DNA of 64,000 nt from Eledone cirrhosa (lineage: Eukaryota), in assembly GCA_964016885.1 (NCBI GenBank), contig OZ024756.1, forward strand, positions 28,582,001-28,646,000, in the 5' to 3' direction. This document shows positions 1 through 13,992 of the stretch, one piece after another (the stretch's first letter is position 1; each line of letters opens with the position of its first letter). A model generated the notes under the pieces. The model was not told where the DNA came from. It saw only the letters and a list, made by a program, of their open reading frames with translations, and ran no database searches. The position numbers were made by a program, and so were the translations under genes.

Positions 1-180
1 GAAAACACAAATATTATTGCATGATGATGTTTGTTTTTGAAATGCGCATAATAAAATACATGGAACTCCTTTAACCATCTTTTGATCTTATATTATGCAT
101 ACTCCAGTCCTACAAACTGTAGAGTGCTTCTTATCCGATATCTGCATTGCTTTATTGTACTACAATAAAACTCACCTCCT

Positions 181-224
<44 letters not shown>

Positions 225-227
<3 letters not shown>

Positions 228-660
228 ACCTGGGATGAGGTGATAAAAGCTGACCTTGCCCAATTGCACCTCTCAAAGGTGATGACACAGGACCGTGACC
301 TCTGGCGTCACGCAGTAATACAGAAGACCCGACTTCCCATGGGAACAAGCCGAAGCTGAAGCATATAGACAATATTCCCCCATCCCCTCCCACTGCAAAG
401 TGAACGTGGAGGCGCCATGACAAAAAAGCACCCAGCCCACACTGTAAAGTGGCCATGTAGGCGCCACGGAGAAAAAGCACCCAGTACTCACTGTACGTGA
501 AGTTGGTGTTAGGAAGGGCATCCAAGGATAGAAATCAAGCCAGAATCAGTTCCCGCATGAGCAAGACAAGGTCACCCGAACTGGCGTTGCCCACAACAGG
601 ACGACCCGTCTAACCCATGTTAGCGTGGAAGAATGGATGTAAAACGGTGATGATGATGAT
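225..660 (+). mobile_element. RTE-clade LINE 3' end (ORF C-terminus plus 3' UTR, (GAT)n tail)
   Basis: Encodes KTWDEVIKADL...DRDLWRHAV*, matching the RTE ORF C-terminal pattern. The UTR ends in gatgatgatgat. Starts abruptly in a (TA)n tract. Paralogue at 15700-16086. Confidence 0.75.
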
Positions 661-1082
661 ATATACACACATCACCTTCTGTCCCCTACCATCCTCCTTT
701 TCACTCCCCCATCTTCCCTTCCACATCCTCCCCCACCAATACCCCCATTTCAAAAGAATTCAATTCAATATATAACAATGTTAGATATTTGAAATTGAAA
801 AATAACAGAATGACACTTTTTGCATAAAACTTCTTTTTCTTTTTCTTCTTACAATATATATACAATATTTTGTATGTGTGTGTATGTGCGCGCGCACACA
901 CACACACACACACACATATATGTGCACACAATCCTGTATACAGAGATATATCTGTTTATATATATATATTTACACATACAAACACACACAATCTTGTATA
1001 CATTGATATATATGTTTGTGTGTGTGTATGTATATATATATATATATATATATAGATATATATATATATATATATACACACA

Positions 1083-1513
1083 CAAAGGGCAGAAGAACTC
1101 ATAAGAGTCAACGGCCATCCAAAAGTGTGTAAATATGTATATACACATGTACATATGTCTGTATATGTGCGGGGACATAGAAATAGTCGGGCTGGACACC
1201 TGACCGCGCGGTTAAACCACTGGGAGTGAAGGATCCCTAGCCTTTGTCAGGGCATTCTTCTAGAAGGTGGCAACTCAGGAAACTGGGATAACTCCGATAT
1301 AAAACCTGCGGCTCAGTCATTACCGATGATGTTGATCTTTTCTTCTTTTCGAGTTATAGCTACTGTCGCTCAGAGAGTGGGATTGGCTCAGTGCACAGTC
1401 TTTCCTCACTTTAAAAAATATCTTCACGCACAGGCATTGCACGATAGAATTAGTAATTATTAATAATGGTATATCGTGGAATGGCCATACTCGATAACGC
1501 GGGGGCAGCCATC
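1083..1513 (+). mobile_element. Diverged relative of the bipartite RTE-derived element at 46441/60072, interrupted by a microsatellite
   Basis: Shares aaagggca..ga.ctc.taagagtcaa.ggccatccaaaa, tagcctttgtca, gatgttga and the 3' end ggcc.tactcga.aacg.g..ggcagcca.cat with 46441-47050. Confidence 0.7.
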
Positions 1514-1923
1514 ATATATACACACACACATATATACATGCACATATATACACACACACACACACCTATATATACATGCACATATACACACACAATCCTG
1601 TATATATAGATATGTTTATATAATTACACACACACACACACACACATATATATGCATACATACCTATATTTATAAATACACACACTCCTGTATACATAGA
1701 TTGTATATATGTTTATATTTGTTATTTCTCAAATTTTATATTGCAATTTATGAACAATTGTGTCTTTACTTAAGATTTTTCAACAGGCCAATGACTGGTT
1801 TACTGTATTTCTGATTATATACACACACACACACACACACATACATATACACACCCATATATATATATATATATATGTGCGTGTAAACATGCATATATAT
1901 ATACATACATAATATTGGTTTCT

Positions 1924-2262
1924 GAGGCACATAGCTTAGTGGTTAGAGCATTGGCCTTGCAATCGAAAGGTTGTGAGTTCAATTCTCAGACCGGGTGATG
2001 TGTTGTTTCCTTGAGCAAGACACTTTATTTCACATTGCTCCAGTTTACTCAGCTGTAGAAATGAGATGATAGGGACTGGGGTCCCTATCATTCCACTGCA
2101 AAGTGGTCGTGTAGGTGCCACAGCAAAAAGCACCCAGCACTCACTGTAAATGAGGTTGGTGTTAGGAAGGGCATCCAGCTGTAGAAATCAAGCCAGAATC
2201 AGTTCCCGTCCCACCCTTGCAAGCAGGGAAAAAGCGGACGTAAAATGACATGATGATGATGA
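1924..2262 (+). mobile_element. tRNA-derived SINE (family A), full length
   Basis: A-box-like agcttagtggttagagc, B-box gagttcaattc, central ccttgagcaagacactttatttcacattgctccagtttactcagctg, RTE-like 3' part and (GAT)n tail. Many copies in the window. Confidence 0.85.
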
Positions 2263-2325
2263 CATATATATATATGCATACAAATATATTATTATTTAAC
2301 ACTCATTTGATGATCTCTCTCTCTC

Positions 2326-2388
<63 letters not shown>

Positions 2389-2965
2389 TTCATTTATTTT
2401 AAGCAAAAATATGTCAAATTGAAATTTTGTCAGTTTTTATTTTCGTTTCTATTTTCCAATTATAATTTTCTATCTATTTAGAAATAATCTGATCAAATAT
2501 CAATTTCCCACAGAAATCACCGAATTCTCACAAAAAAAAAAAAAAAAAAAAAAAACGCAATTAATTGTCGGGATTTACTAAAAAAAAAACAAACAAAAAA
2601 AAAAACGTAACAAAAACAGACAGATTTTTGGGGGAAATATTGGTTTCTGATTTAGGCACAAGGCCAACAATTTTGGGGAAGAGAAATGTTGATTAAATTG
2701 ACCCCTGGTTCTTTATTTTATCGACCTCCTCAGATCGTAAAGAGTGTGGAGGAAGAATCAGTAGAGAGAGGTGTCTGGTTGAAGAGTCGACCACAGTATT
2801 TAACTGGTACTTTATTTATCGACCTTAAATGGATGAAAGGCAAAGTTGACCTCTGTGGGATTTCGATAAAGAACACTGAGGCAGAACAAATACTACAAAG
2901 TATTCTATCCAGTGTTCTAATGACTCAGCTCTTTTACTGCCTTGTATTTTATTGTAACTGGTCTA

Positions 2966-2967
<2 letters not shown>

Positions 2968-3011
<44 letters not shown>

Positions 3012-3470
3012 CCCCTCTTTCTCCGCCTCTCCCGCTTTCTCTGCCTCTCCCGCTTTCTCTGCCTCTCCCCCCTCTCCCCCCTCTCCCTGCCTCTCTCTTC
3101 ACCTCTCTGTCCCTCTCTCCTCACCTCTCTGTCCCTCTCTCCTCACCTCTCTCTTCACCTCTCTGTCCCTCTCTCCTCACCTCTCTCTTCACCTCTCTGT
3201 CCCTCTCTCTTCACCTCTCTGTCCCTCTCTCCTCACCTCTCTGTCCCTCTCTCCTCACCTCTCTGTCCCTCTCTCCTCACCTCTCTGTCCCTCTCTCCTC
3301 ACCTCTCTGTCCCTCTCTCCTCACCTCTCTGTCCCTCTCTGTCCCTCTCTCCTCACCTCTCTGTCCCTCTCTGCCTCCCTTTCTCTCTGTCTCTCTCTGT
3401 CCTCACTCTGTCTCCGTCCCCCTCTCTCCATCTTCTCTTCTCTCTCCGTCTTCTCTTCCTCTCTCCCCCA
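2968..3470. repeat. (CT)n-derived polypyrimidine minisatellite
   Basis: (CT)n followed by repeated ctcctcacctctctgtccctct units. Confidence 0.9.
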
Positions 3471-3734
3471 CACAATACAATTTACTATTAGTATATCCTT
3501 AGACATTACTAACTACTTATTACATATTTAATTTTTTAAAATTTATTTTTGTTTTTATTTTTTCTTTCATTTAATTATTGAGGTTAATTTTTTTTTTTTT
3601 CTTCTTCTAAAAATACAAAATCATTGTTTTGGCTTCTGAAATTGTTATATTGATTTTCTTCTTCCTCACCCCACCCCTCACTCAATCAAATTTCTCTTAT
3701 CTTCTTCTATAGATTCTTGGAGTGAGAATTTGAC

Positions 3735-4330
3735 TTCGTTTGCACAGATTTCGCATCTTAACGACACTGGCATCATAACAGTGTTTCTGCAATTATGTTT
3801 GCACAAATTTCACATTTTAATCACAATAGCATCTTAAATATTTCATTCGCACAGTTTTCACATTTAAACAACATCACCTACTTCATTTTAATAGCTGTAG
3901 TCTATTAACTTTAATAGGTTTCGGCCAGTATTGGCCCAGGCCATGTCTAACTTGATAGTACCAACTATTTCACTTGCACAGATTTCACATTTTAACGACA
4001 TCAAGTACTTCATTTTAATAACAGTAGAATATTAACTATTTTATTTGCACAAATTTCACATTTTAACCACACCAGCCTCATATCTATTTCATTTGCACAG
4101 ATTTCACATTTTAACACTGGTATTTTAAACATTCCTATCACATAGATTTCACATTTTAATGATATCAGTTACTTCATTTTCATTTCACTAGCATCTTAAA
4201 TATTTCATTTACACAGATTTCACATTTTAACAACAGTAGTTATTTTATTTTAATAATACTGGCAACTTCATTTGCTTAAATTGCATATTTTAAGGTCACT
4301 AACAATTTAACTATTTCCCCAGATGATACA
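3735..4330. repeat. Degenerate minisatellite (core gcacagatttcacattttaa)
   Basis: About 9 decayed copies at irregular 44-71 bp spacing. Confidence 0.75.
3917..3963 (-). mobile_element. 3' tip of the CR1-group LINE family seen at 36230-37980
   Basis: ggccagtattggcccaggccatgtctaactt is identical to 36246-36276. Confidence 0.7.
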
Positions 4331-4473
4331 TGTTAATGACACTAGCAACTTCATAATTTGTGTTTATCAATGAGAATAGGTACACTGTGACCCTACATGT
4401 AAGAGATAACTAAAAGGGTAGGTGGTGGGAATGGTATCTGGCTGTAAAGCATTGCCTCAAAAGGACTCAGAAA

Positions 4474-4671
4474 TACAAGAGTCGGCTGAAAAATTCATAG
4501 GCTGACCAAGATTCTCTCATGGAATGACCAAATGAGGTTTAGTTTTCAACATAGTCCCTGGAAAGAAACAGTGCAGTTATTAATAAGAAGAGTTGAAATT
4601 AATGCATGCAATATTTCACAGCTCTAACATTAATCCTTCATAGCCTATGGACTTTTCAGCCGACCCTCATA
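4474..4671. mobile_element. Mariner-like MITE
   Basis: Imperfect TIRs tacaagagtcggctgaaaaattcataggct and agcctatggacttttcagccgaccctcata, with TA ends. Confidence 0.7.
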
Positions 4672-4979
4672 AGTATGAAACCCTTAATGGCACCCACAAA
4701 GCTAAACCCCTACTTTAACAAGGAAAATGTCCTTAAAACTCTTGTCGTTGCTGATGTATCAGTGAGATGGAAAAATATTTCTTTGTTTCTTTGTGTAGTT
4801 ATTTTAATTACAGAGTAAGAAACTCTACAAGCCAGGGATAATATTTATTAATTGTTGAATACAGCCAATGAAGGGCACAGTTGACCATAGCGGGGTTTCA
4901 GCTCAGTGTGCAAAAGGCCAGAATAACCACTGCAAAGTACATCTTCAACTTCTCTAACATTTCAACAAATTCACAGCCT

Positions 4980-5375
4980 TTAACCCTTTCATGACCATAT
5001 TTCTAATGAAATACACTCACTCTATTTCAATTAATTACTGAAGAATTTTAAGGGATTTACCAAAATTATTAATTATTTTATTATTACAATAGTAACTTAA
5101 CATATGGTTCTTGCATAAAACCACATTGGAATATATTAATTTAAATAACTCATTAACCCTTTTGTGACCATATTTCTAATGAAATACATTTATGAAGAAT
5201 TTTAAGGGATTTAACAAAATTAATCATTTCATTACTATGAAATTAACTTAATGTATGGTTCTTGCATAAAATATTATGTTGGAAGATTTTAATTTAAATA
5301 AGAACACTTTAAATTGGATGGTGGGTTGCATAGAACCAGAGCTGGTTTTGCCTGGGCTGCTATCAGAAAGGTTAA
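4980..5375. mobile_element. piggyBac-like MITE with duplicated left part
   Basis: Begins ttaa-ccctt and ends aaagg-ttaa. The left end is repeated at about 5153. Related copy at 56403-56592. Confidence 0.55.
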
Positions 5376-6682
5376 AAAAAAAACTCTTGTAAAATGTTGA
5401 CGGTTAAACAGAGAAACCATAGGGTAGAACAGACTCTTTAGTCTTGTTGAGGACTTGACAACCTCCCTAGTGCTGGTGCCCTTAGTTACATATTGTTAAG
5501 TGGTTGGTGTTAACAAGGCCATCCAGCCAGAGAAACTGTCTCAAAATTGGAATGTATGTTAACCTTCTTGGTGCTGTCACCGATAGATGATACAGTGTCA
5601 GGGAAGTAATTCATAAAAACAATTCAGCATCTTGAATGTTAAGAGGTTGATATTAGCAAGGCCATCCAGCCAGAGAAACCTTGTCAAAATTGGATAGTAT
5701 GTTTGAGGTATGGTCAGCCAAACTAGCAAGGCAGTAGTAACACAAATATGAACTGATTTGGACTATAGTCACCCAGCTAGCCCACCCAACCAATGCCAGC
5801 ATGGATATGGGACCTAAAGTGACAACAGTGAAATGAAATTCTAGTTAATAGTTAAGAATTACATAGAGCTAAAAAAAAAAACTCCAAAAACAAATACTTT
5901 TTTTTTTTTTTTTTTCCTGCATTGTTGGAAATCTTTTTAAAATATAGCTGAGAATGCAGAAGTTTTTTTTTTTTTTTGCCTATAAATATTTGAAGTGAAT
6001 AATTCTCTATGCTGCATACTTTCCAAGGTTGTTGTTGATGTTATTGCTGTTATTGCTGTTGTTGTTGCACTAGTTATCTATCGTAAGAGCTTTCTATCGA
6101 TTTATCTGGATTTAGAAAGAAGAAATAAATAAGAAAGAAAAAAAAAATTAGAGTAAGATGGTGGTTTTAGTTGTTGTTGTTATGGTGGTGGTGGTGGTGG
6201 GGAAGAAATCAGTTTTGTGTAAAAGAAGAGTGATTCTTCAGTTAGTGTGATAGACTGACATTTTCTGTGTTCCTGACACCTAAGAAGAATTCTTTCTGCT
6301 GAGAAGATTAACGGCTTTACTGATCGGTGTTGTTGTTGTTTTTGTTATTATCATCAATCAGCCCTCCTCTTCACAACCACCACCACCATAATCAAAACCA
6401 TTACTACCATAACCACCACCACCACCACCACCACCACCACCACCATTATTTGAACAGAAATCTGCCAAGGTTTAACTTGGGTGCTGTTTTGGTTTTTTTT
6501 TTTTACAGTATAGGAAGTGTTGTTGATTATATATTTTATTTATGTATTTTAACTTGATTTTGATATTTTATTATTATTATTATTATTATTATTTTAAGTA
6601 TCATTGACACTCCATTTTATGTTGAACATTTCAACTGAGAAAAACTCCTTTTTCTGTAGTGTCAAAAACATATGTCTATTAT

Positions 6683-6742
<60 letters not shown>

Positions 6743-6829
6743 ACTGCAGTAAAAGTTTGGTAGAAATATCCAAGAGTTAGAGCACTGAGTCCATAGGACG
6801 AGTTTAGTATAAATAATTATTCAATCTCT

Positions 6830-6868
<39 letters not shown>

Positions 6869-7064
6869 TCATTTAACATCCATTTTTACACACAAGCATG
6901 AGTTAGATGAGTTGTCCTGTTGTGAGACAAGTCAGATCAAGTGAGTGTGTTGCTCACACAGAACTGGTTCTGGCTTGGTTTCTACGACTGGATGCCCTTC
7001 CCTAACACCAACCACATTTACAGTGTGTACTAGGTGCTTTTTGCTGTGATACCTAAACTGAATA

Positions 7065-7192
7065 TTCCTGATGATTTCATGCGAAGGAAACCTTCCTAGT
7101 CCTGTAGAAGTCATTTCAATATATAATGAAGTTGCCTATACTCTACCAAAGTATTGAGTACCTTTTTTAACTGAGGTTACCCCCCCCCCCCC
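7065..7192 (+). mobile_element. Decayed copy of the hammerhead-bearing repeat at 54136-54586 (hammerhead at 7065-7110)
   Basis: ttc-CTGATGA-tttc-atgc-gaag-GAAA-c...ctGTA-gaa, then tatactctac..a.gtattgagtacctt...ggttaccccc as at 54534-54580. Confidence 0.7.
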
Positions 7193-7421
7193 CACACAAC
7201 TCGAGAATTTACATATATGTATGTGTGTGTGTGTGTGTATGTATATATATATATGTATGTGCGTATGTATGTGTGTATATATATGTATGTATGTGTGTAT
7301 ATATATATGTATGTGCGTATGTATGTGTGTATATATATATGTATGTGCGTATGTATGTGTGTATATATGTATGTGCGTATGTATGTATGTGTATATATAT
7401 ATGTATGTGCGTATATATGTA

Positions 7422-7462
<41 letters not shown>

Positions 7463-7506
7463 ATATACATAAATACATACACATGCATATGTATATATGT
7501 ATATTC

Positions 7507-7803
7507 ATTCCCTGCTTGCAAGGGTGGGACGGGAACTGATTCTGGCTTGATTTCTACAGCTGGATGCCCTTCCTAACACCAACCTCATTTACAGTGAATG
7601 CTGGGTGCTTTTTTTCCGTGGTGCCTCCACGTTCATTTTGCAGTGGAATGATATGGACCTCAGTCCCTATCATCTCATTTCTACAGCTGAGTAAACTGGA
7701 GCAATGTGAAATAAAGTGCCTTGCTCAAGGAAACAACACATCACCCGGTCTGAGAATTGAACTCACAACCTTTCGATTGCAAGGCCAATGCTCTAACCAC
7801 TAA
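7507..7803 (-). mobile_element. SINE family A
   Basis: Reverse complement of 1924-2262. Confidence 0.85.
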
Positions 7804-7914
7804 TATATACATACACACACACATACACACACACACACACACACATACACACTCACACACACACACACACATACACACACACATACACACACACATACAC
7901 ACACACATACACAC

Positions 7915-7965
<51 letters not shown>

Positions 7966-8011
7966 CACACACACACACACACACACACTCACACACACAC
8001 ACACACTCACA

Positions 8012-8056
<45 letters not shown>

Positions 8057-8443
8057 ACATACATACATACATACATACATACATCATCGTTATTTATGTT
8101 GCCTTTCCGTGCTGACATGGCAATGTTTTATAAATGGGCATCTGAAGAAGAGTAGTAGAGGTGGTGGTAGTAGTAGTGTTGTTGCTGCTGTTGGTGGTAG
8201 TGGTAGCAGTAGCAACAACAACAACAGAGGCAAGGTTATTTAGTGCTAGAAAAGTCTAAAAATTCTCTCTAAATAAAATGTTGACAGTTTTTCTGTTTCC
8301 TTCAAGGTCATTAACGAAAATGGTATGTATCGATATGGTATGCATTCGATAATTATTGATTTAATTAAAACTGAGAAACCAAAAGTGTATTGAGATGTTC
8401 CAGAGACTCTCGAGGTTTGGGATGAGGCATGGCAGAGTGTTGG

Positions 8444-8516
<73 letters not shown>

Positions 8517-8522
<6 letters not shown>

Positions 8523-8655
8523 GAAGTTATATTTAATTTGTTGGGATTCCAACAAACTTAAAAGTTTATAACTGATATAGAGCACTCAACAGTTAACTGG
8601 AGTAAATATTCAATATATTAATAAATGGAAACTATATTTATAAAACCATAGTTAT
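8517..8655. repeat. Unclassified AT-rich interspersed repeat
   Basis: Homologous in the opposite orientation to 32405-32522, and in part to 53495-53525. Confidence 0.6.
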
Positions 8656-8744
8656 TTTATTATATATATTTCAAGGGCAACTGTGGAATGTTCAGCCACT
8701 TAACCTTATGCCACACTTTGCCACACTGCATCTCCCTGAGAATT

Positions 8745-8940
8745 ACACCTCCACGACCACTTTGCAGTGGAATGATAGAGACCCCTGTCCCTATCATCTC
8801 ATTTCTACAGCTGAGTAAACTGGAGCAATGTGAAATAAAGTGCCTTGCTCAAGGAAACAAGACATCACCTGGTCCGAGAATTGAACTCACAACCTTTCGA
8901 TTGCAAGGCCAATGCTCTAACCACTAAGCCATGTGCCTTC
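8745..8940 (-). mobile_element. SINE family A, 5' part
   Basis: tRNA head and central domain. Confidence 0.8.
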
Positions 8941-9805
8941 CCACAGCCAAACCCAACAGAGGTCCATTCCATTTGGCACCAACCCCAAACACTCTTCTAG
9001 CAGAAAGTAGGCCTCTTCTGACTTGCATGAGAGAGGGGGAAAAAAGAAAAAAGATATGCCATTTTGTGTAACCATCCATGTCTAATTGGAACTAAAATGT
9101 TCGTGGTTGGCTGCACATGCAGGTAATATGCTCTTTAGCTATCACCAATAACTGGTAAACATGGTGGAAGAAGTTATTGATAAAAGTTTAAAACTTTATT
9201 TCATCCTTGTGTTGCATGGATAGATAATACAGCCAATGTCTTAAACTGAACTGACAGAAGATATCACCATGTTCTCATACACACACACACGCACACACAC
9301 ATATATATGTATTGCCATACACGTATATAGTCATATACAGACATATGGTCATGCACAAACACACACATATACAGTCATATACAGTCATACACAGACATAT
9401 GGTCATGCACAAACACACACATATACAGTCATATACAGACACTTACACACATACAGCCCTACACAGAAACACACACACACAGGTATATAAATACACACAT
9501 ACACACCCATATACAGCCATACACAGGCACACACACATAGTTATATAAAGACATACACACTTATACAGCCATACACACACTCACACATAAGTCATATATA
9601 CACACACACATACAGTCATATTCCAACACACATATACAATCATATACAGTCATACACACACACACACACACATACATAGTCATATACAGACACACACACA
9701 TCATCCTTTAACGTCCATTTTTCCATGCTAGCATGGGTTAATCAAGTTATCTTGTTGTGAGACAAGCCAAATCAGCTAACCATGTCTTGCTCATACAGAA
9801 ATGGT

Positions 9806-9842
<37 letters not shown>

Positions 9843-9851
9843 CACACACTT

Positions 9852-10315
9852 ACACCTCTCCAAGACAATGTCACTGGACCGAGACCTTTGGCGGTACTCA
9901 GTAATAGAGAAGACCCGCCTTACCTAAATACATAGTAAAACCTACTACAGCCAGTAGGCATCTCTAACAAAATACACCCCCGTCCCACCACCCACACCCC
10001 CATCCACACCACCCCTCCTATGTAAAGTTATGTTGGTGCCACACCATCCAGGCCGAAACAAATGAGATCGTGTAGGTGTCACGACAAAAAAACACACAGT
10101 CCACGCTGTAATGTGGCCGTGTAGGCAACACGGTAAAAACCTCCCAGACCCACACTGTAAATGTGGTTGGTGTTAGGAAGGGCATCCAACTGTAGAAAAC
10201 CTGCCAGACAGTCCTATGCGAGCAAGACAATCACTCTTGCCTCAAGTAGGAATACCCCTGTCCAAACCCATGCAAGCGTGGAACACGGACGTTAAACGTT
10301 GATGATGATGATGAT
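9852..10315 (+). mobile_element. RTE LINE 3' end, second subfamily
   Basis: DRDLWRYSVIEKTR-like C-terminus, UTR and (GAT)n tail. Near-identical inverted copy at 20183-20600. Confidence 0.7.
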
Positions 10316-11340
10316 ATATTTATATATATATATGTATGTACGGATATGTATGTATGTATATATATGTATATATATGTATGTACGGATATGTATGTATATA
10401 TATATGTATATATATGTATGTACGGATATGTATGTATATATATATGTATATATATGTATGTACGGATATGTATGTATATATATGTATATATATGTATGTA
10501 CGGATATGTATGTATATATATGTATGTACGGATATGTATGTATATATATGTATATATATGTATGTACATATATGTATGTATTTATATGTATACATATGTA
10601 TGTATTTATATGTATACATATGTATGTATGTATATGTATGTACATGTATGTATATATATATGTATGTATATGTATGTACGTGTATGTATATATATGTATG
10701 TATGTATGTATATGTATATATATATATATATATATGTATGTATATATATATATGTATGAATATGTATGTATATATATATGTATGTATATGTATGTATATA
10801 TATATGTATATATATATATATATCTATGTATGTATATATATATATCTATGTATATGTATGTATATATCTATGTATATGTATGTATATATATATATCTATG
10901 TATGTATATATATATATCTATGTATGTATATATCTATGTATATGTATGTATATATATATGTATATGTATGTGTATATATATATATCTATGTATATGTATG
11001 TATATATATATATATCTATGTATATGTATGTATATATATATATATCTATGTATATGTATGTATATATATATATATCTATGTATATGTATTTATATATATA
11101 TATATATCTATGTATATGTATGTATATATATATCTATGCATGTATATGTACGTATGTATATGTATGAATGTATATGTATGTATATATATATCTATGCATG
11201 TATATGTACGTATGTATATGTATGAATGTATATGTATGTATATATATATCTATGCATGTATATGTACGTATGTATATGTATGAATGTATATGTGTATATA
11301 TATATATATGTATGTATTTATGTGTGTATATATACATATA
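10316..11340. repeat. TA/TATG microsatellite with tacgga variant units
   Basis: Low-complexity array; its ORFs are artefacts. Confidence 0.95.
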
Positions 11341-12138
11341 GCGTTAATGTAATATATTCCTTCCCTCTACTGTACCAACTGTGTTGTTATTTTTGTTTAC
11401 CTTTTACACACACCTATATATATATATATATAGGGTCCGGGTGAATATGTCATTTATTTTGTCTGACCCGTTTAGCGTTTATCGTTTTTTTTTTGGCTTA
11501 GGTGGTTAATGGCTTCTTGACCGCTTTCTCAGTTTGTATGGCCTTTACAACTTATGTTTATAGCTTTGGTCTATTTATTTATTTATTTAGCCCATGGAGC
11601 GCTTGCCAGCATGATTCGGAATTTGCGTTACATTTCGCTTTTTCTACCGGCTGAAATGCGATTTTTGCTGAATTTATATTTATATGAGGTTGGTGTTAGG
11701 AAGGGCATCCAGCTGTAGAAATCAAGCCAGAATCAGTTCCCGTCCCACCCTTGCAAGCAGGGAAAAGCGGACGTAAAATGATGATGATGATGATGATGAT
11801 ATATATATATATCACTTAAATGAAACTGCTTTAAAAATTGAATTGTCTGAATGTTAATACCAGCTTCTTTGGTGTAACTGGACTCAAATATGTGATTGGC
11901 AATAACAGAAAATAGAAACAACATTACATTTATAATAATAAGATTGCATTTATCCATCATTTGCCTGTACTTTCCATTACTGGAATTTTCTCTGGCTTTT
12001 TATCCAAATTATTTTTGGATAATGAAGCGTTTTTTTTTTCTTTATTATTTCTTCTTGTTTCAAAAATTTTTTTCTTTTTTTTTTATTCTCTCTTTCTCTC
12101 TCTCACTATTTCTGTCTCTCTCTCTTTCTCTCTCTCTA

Positions 12139-12169
<31 letters not shown>

Positions 12170-12477
12170 CTTTTCTCTCTCTCCCTCACTCTCTCTCTCC
12201 CTCCTCTCTGCCCCCGCCCCCCTCTCTTGCTCTCACAATATTTGAGATTTTGAGACAGTGTTGGCCAATTTTAATATATTTAGTCAATCCTATTATATCA
12301 GGTTGTTATGACGATTGATTTAGTTTTAAGTCTTGAAAGTCGTAAATAATGGCAACTCCAGATAATTGGTAGGATAGAAATTAGATCAACTTGTAAATGA
12401 AAGATTGCCAAAAAACCATTTTCTTAGAAAATGAGGTAATATTTTGGAAAAGTAAAGTTTAAATGCATAATATATAT

Positions 12478-12511
<34 letters not shown>

Positions 12512-12663
12512 TGTTATGCTTTGGGAGGGTCATGTTGCCAATAAGAAACACATGCACCAGTTGTTTTCACTCCAATTTATTATAGGTTAAACTTATAAAT
12601 TTAAGAATTTATAAATTTCCAGTTGGTTGGTTGGTTCCACAACCGGACGGTTGTTCATATATT

Positions 12664-12706
12664 GTCAAAGTTCTTTCGTCACACATTCTGTGACCTCTTC
12701 AGTGAC
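12664..12706 (-). ncRNA. Minimal type I hammerhead ribozyme in the Penelope 3' UTR
   Basis: Exact reverse complement of 13950-13992. Confidence 0.75.
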
Positions 12707-12905
12707 TGGGGATTCTTTTCTTTGTTTTTGTGCCTCTCCTTTGTTCTGTCCTACGCCATCTTGTTTTTGTGTGTGTTGTGTGCTTAGTTTGCGCATGTGT
12801 TACATCCGGGTGTCTGTGTGTGTTTATATTTGTTTATTTATTTATTTGTTTATTTACATGTTACTGGTTGGTTGTTTGTTCTATGTGTGTGTTTTCATTT
12901 TGTCC

Positions 12906-13392
12906 TTAATTGTAAGTTGTGATGTTGCTATTCCATTCATGTTTTCTATTTAATTTTGGTTGGAGTTCATTTATGTTTATTGCCTCTGTGATTTGTCTAA
13001 ACATTGCGTCTTTTCTGTGTGTAGATTCTATTTTTATTTCTATCTTCTCTAATTTACCCTTATGTTCTATTTTAGCATGTTGGTGGAGTACAGATGATTC
13101 TTTTCTATCTTGAAGCTCTCGCCAGTGTTTATTTATCCGTTCTCCTATACTACGAGCTGTCTCACCTATGTACACTCTATTCTTATCTCTACATTGTCCT
13201 TCAGTACATCTTATGCTATATACTACATTTCTAGTTTTACAGTTAATATGGGGGCTTAGTTTACAGATTATACATTTCTTATCTCTACAGGGATGTCTTT
13301 GAAAAGGGTATGTATTGCTAATAAGTGTTTTTATGGAGGTACCTGGTCTTTCTACTATCTTAATATTGAGTTTATGTTTAATATTGAGTTTA
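12906..13392 (-). pseudogene. Penelope GIY-YIG endonuclease C-terminal fragment
   Basis: PCRDKKCIIC...CKTRNVVYSIRC...VYIGETARSIGERINKH...LHQH...RQITEAININELQPKLN: VVY-YIG motif with catalytic R, E and N. Confidence 0.88.
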
Positions 13393-13752
13393 TGTAAACT
13401 AAGCCCCCATATTAACTGTAAAACTAGAAATGTAGTATATAGCATAAGATGTACTGAAGGACAATGTAGAGATAAAAATATCGTGTACATAGGTGAGACA
13501 GCTCGTAGTATAGGACAACGGATAAATGAACACTGGCGAGAGCTTCAAGATAGTAAAGAATCATCTGTACTCTACCAACATGCTAAAATAGAACATAAGG
13601 GTAAATTAGAGAACATAGAAATAAAAATAGATTCTACACACAGAAAAGACGCAATGTTTAGACAAATCACAGAGGCAATAAACATAAATGAACTCCAACC
13701 AAAATTAAATAGAAAACATGAATGGAATAGCAACATCACAACTTACAATTAA
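13393..13752 (+). pseudogene. Penelope GIY-YIG endonuclease fragment (inverted copy)
   Basis: CKTRNVVYSIRC...VYIGETARS; 7 amino-acid differences from the minus copy. Confidence 0.88.
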
Positions 13753-13949
13753 GGACAAAATGAAAACACACATAGAACAAACAACCAACCAGTAACATGT
13801 AAATAAACAAATAAATAAATAAACAAATATAAACACACACAGACACCCGGATGTAACACATGCGCAAACTAAGCACACAACACACACAAAAACAAGATGG
13901 CGTAGGACAGAACAAAGGAGAGGCACAAAAACAAAGAAAAGAATCCCCA

Positions 13950-13992
13950 GTCACTGAAGAGGTCACAGAATGTGTGACGAAAGAACTTTGAC
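13950..13992 (+). ncRNA. Minimal type I hammerhead ribozyme in the Penelope 3' UTR
   Basis: GUCA-CUGAAGA-G-GUCACA-gaaug-UGUGAC-GAAA-G-aa-CUU|UGAC. Stem I 4 bp, stem II 6 bp, short stem III. Confidence 0.75.

Noticed and set aside
1924-2000. tRNA genes
   Set aside because: These are tRNA-derived SINE heads in many copies, without a convincing acceptor stem.
3735-4330. CRISPR-like repeat-spacer pattern
   Set aside because: Eukaryotic context, degenerate repeats, mutually related spacers and no cas genes; this is a decayed minisatellite.
11435-11680. Non-repetitive segment between microsatellite and SINE (also 47620-48000)
   Set aside because: No ORF, splice-consistent exon, ribozyme core or second copy was found; left unclassified.
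12302-12350. Possible hammerhead (AUGACGA...GAAA-GUCG-UA)
   Set aside because: C3 is missing, stem III is only 1 bp, there is no second copy, and a simple hairpin explains it equally well.
13315-13490. N-termini of the two GIY-YIG ORFs as real starts
   Set aside because: They are read-through across the inversion junction; both copies are 5'-truncated.
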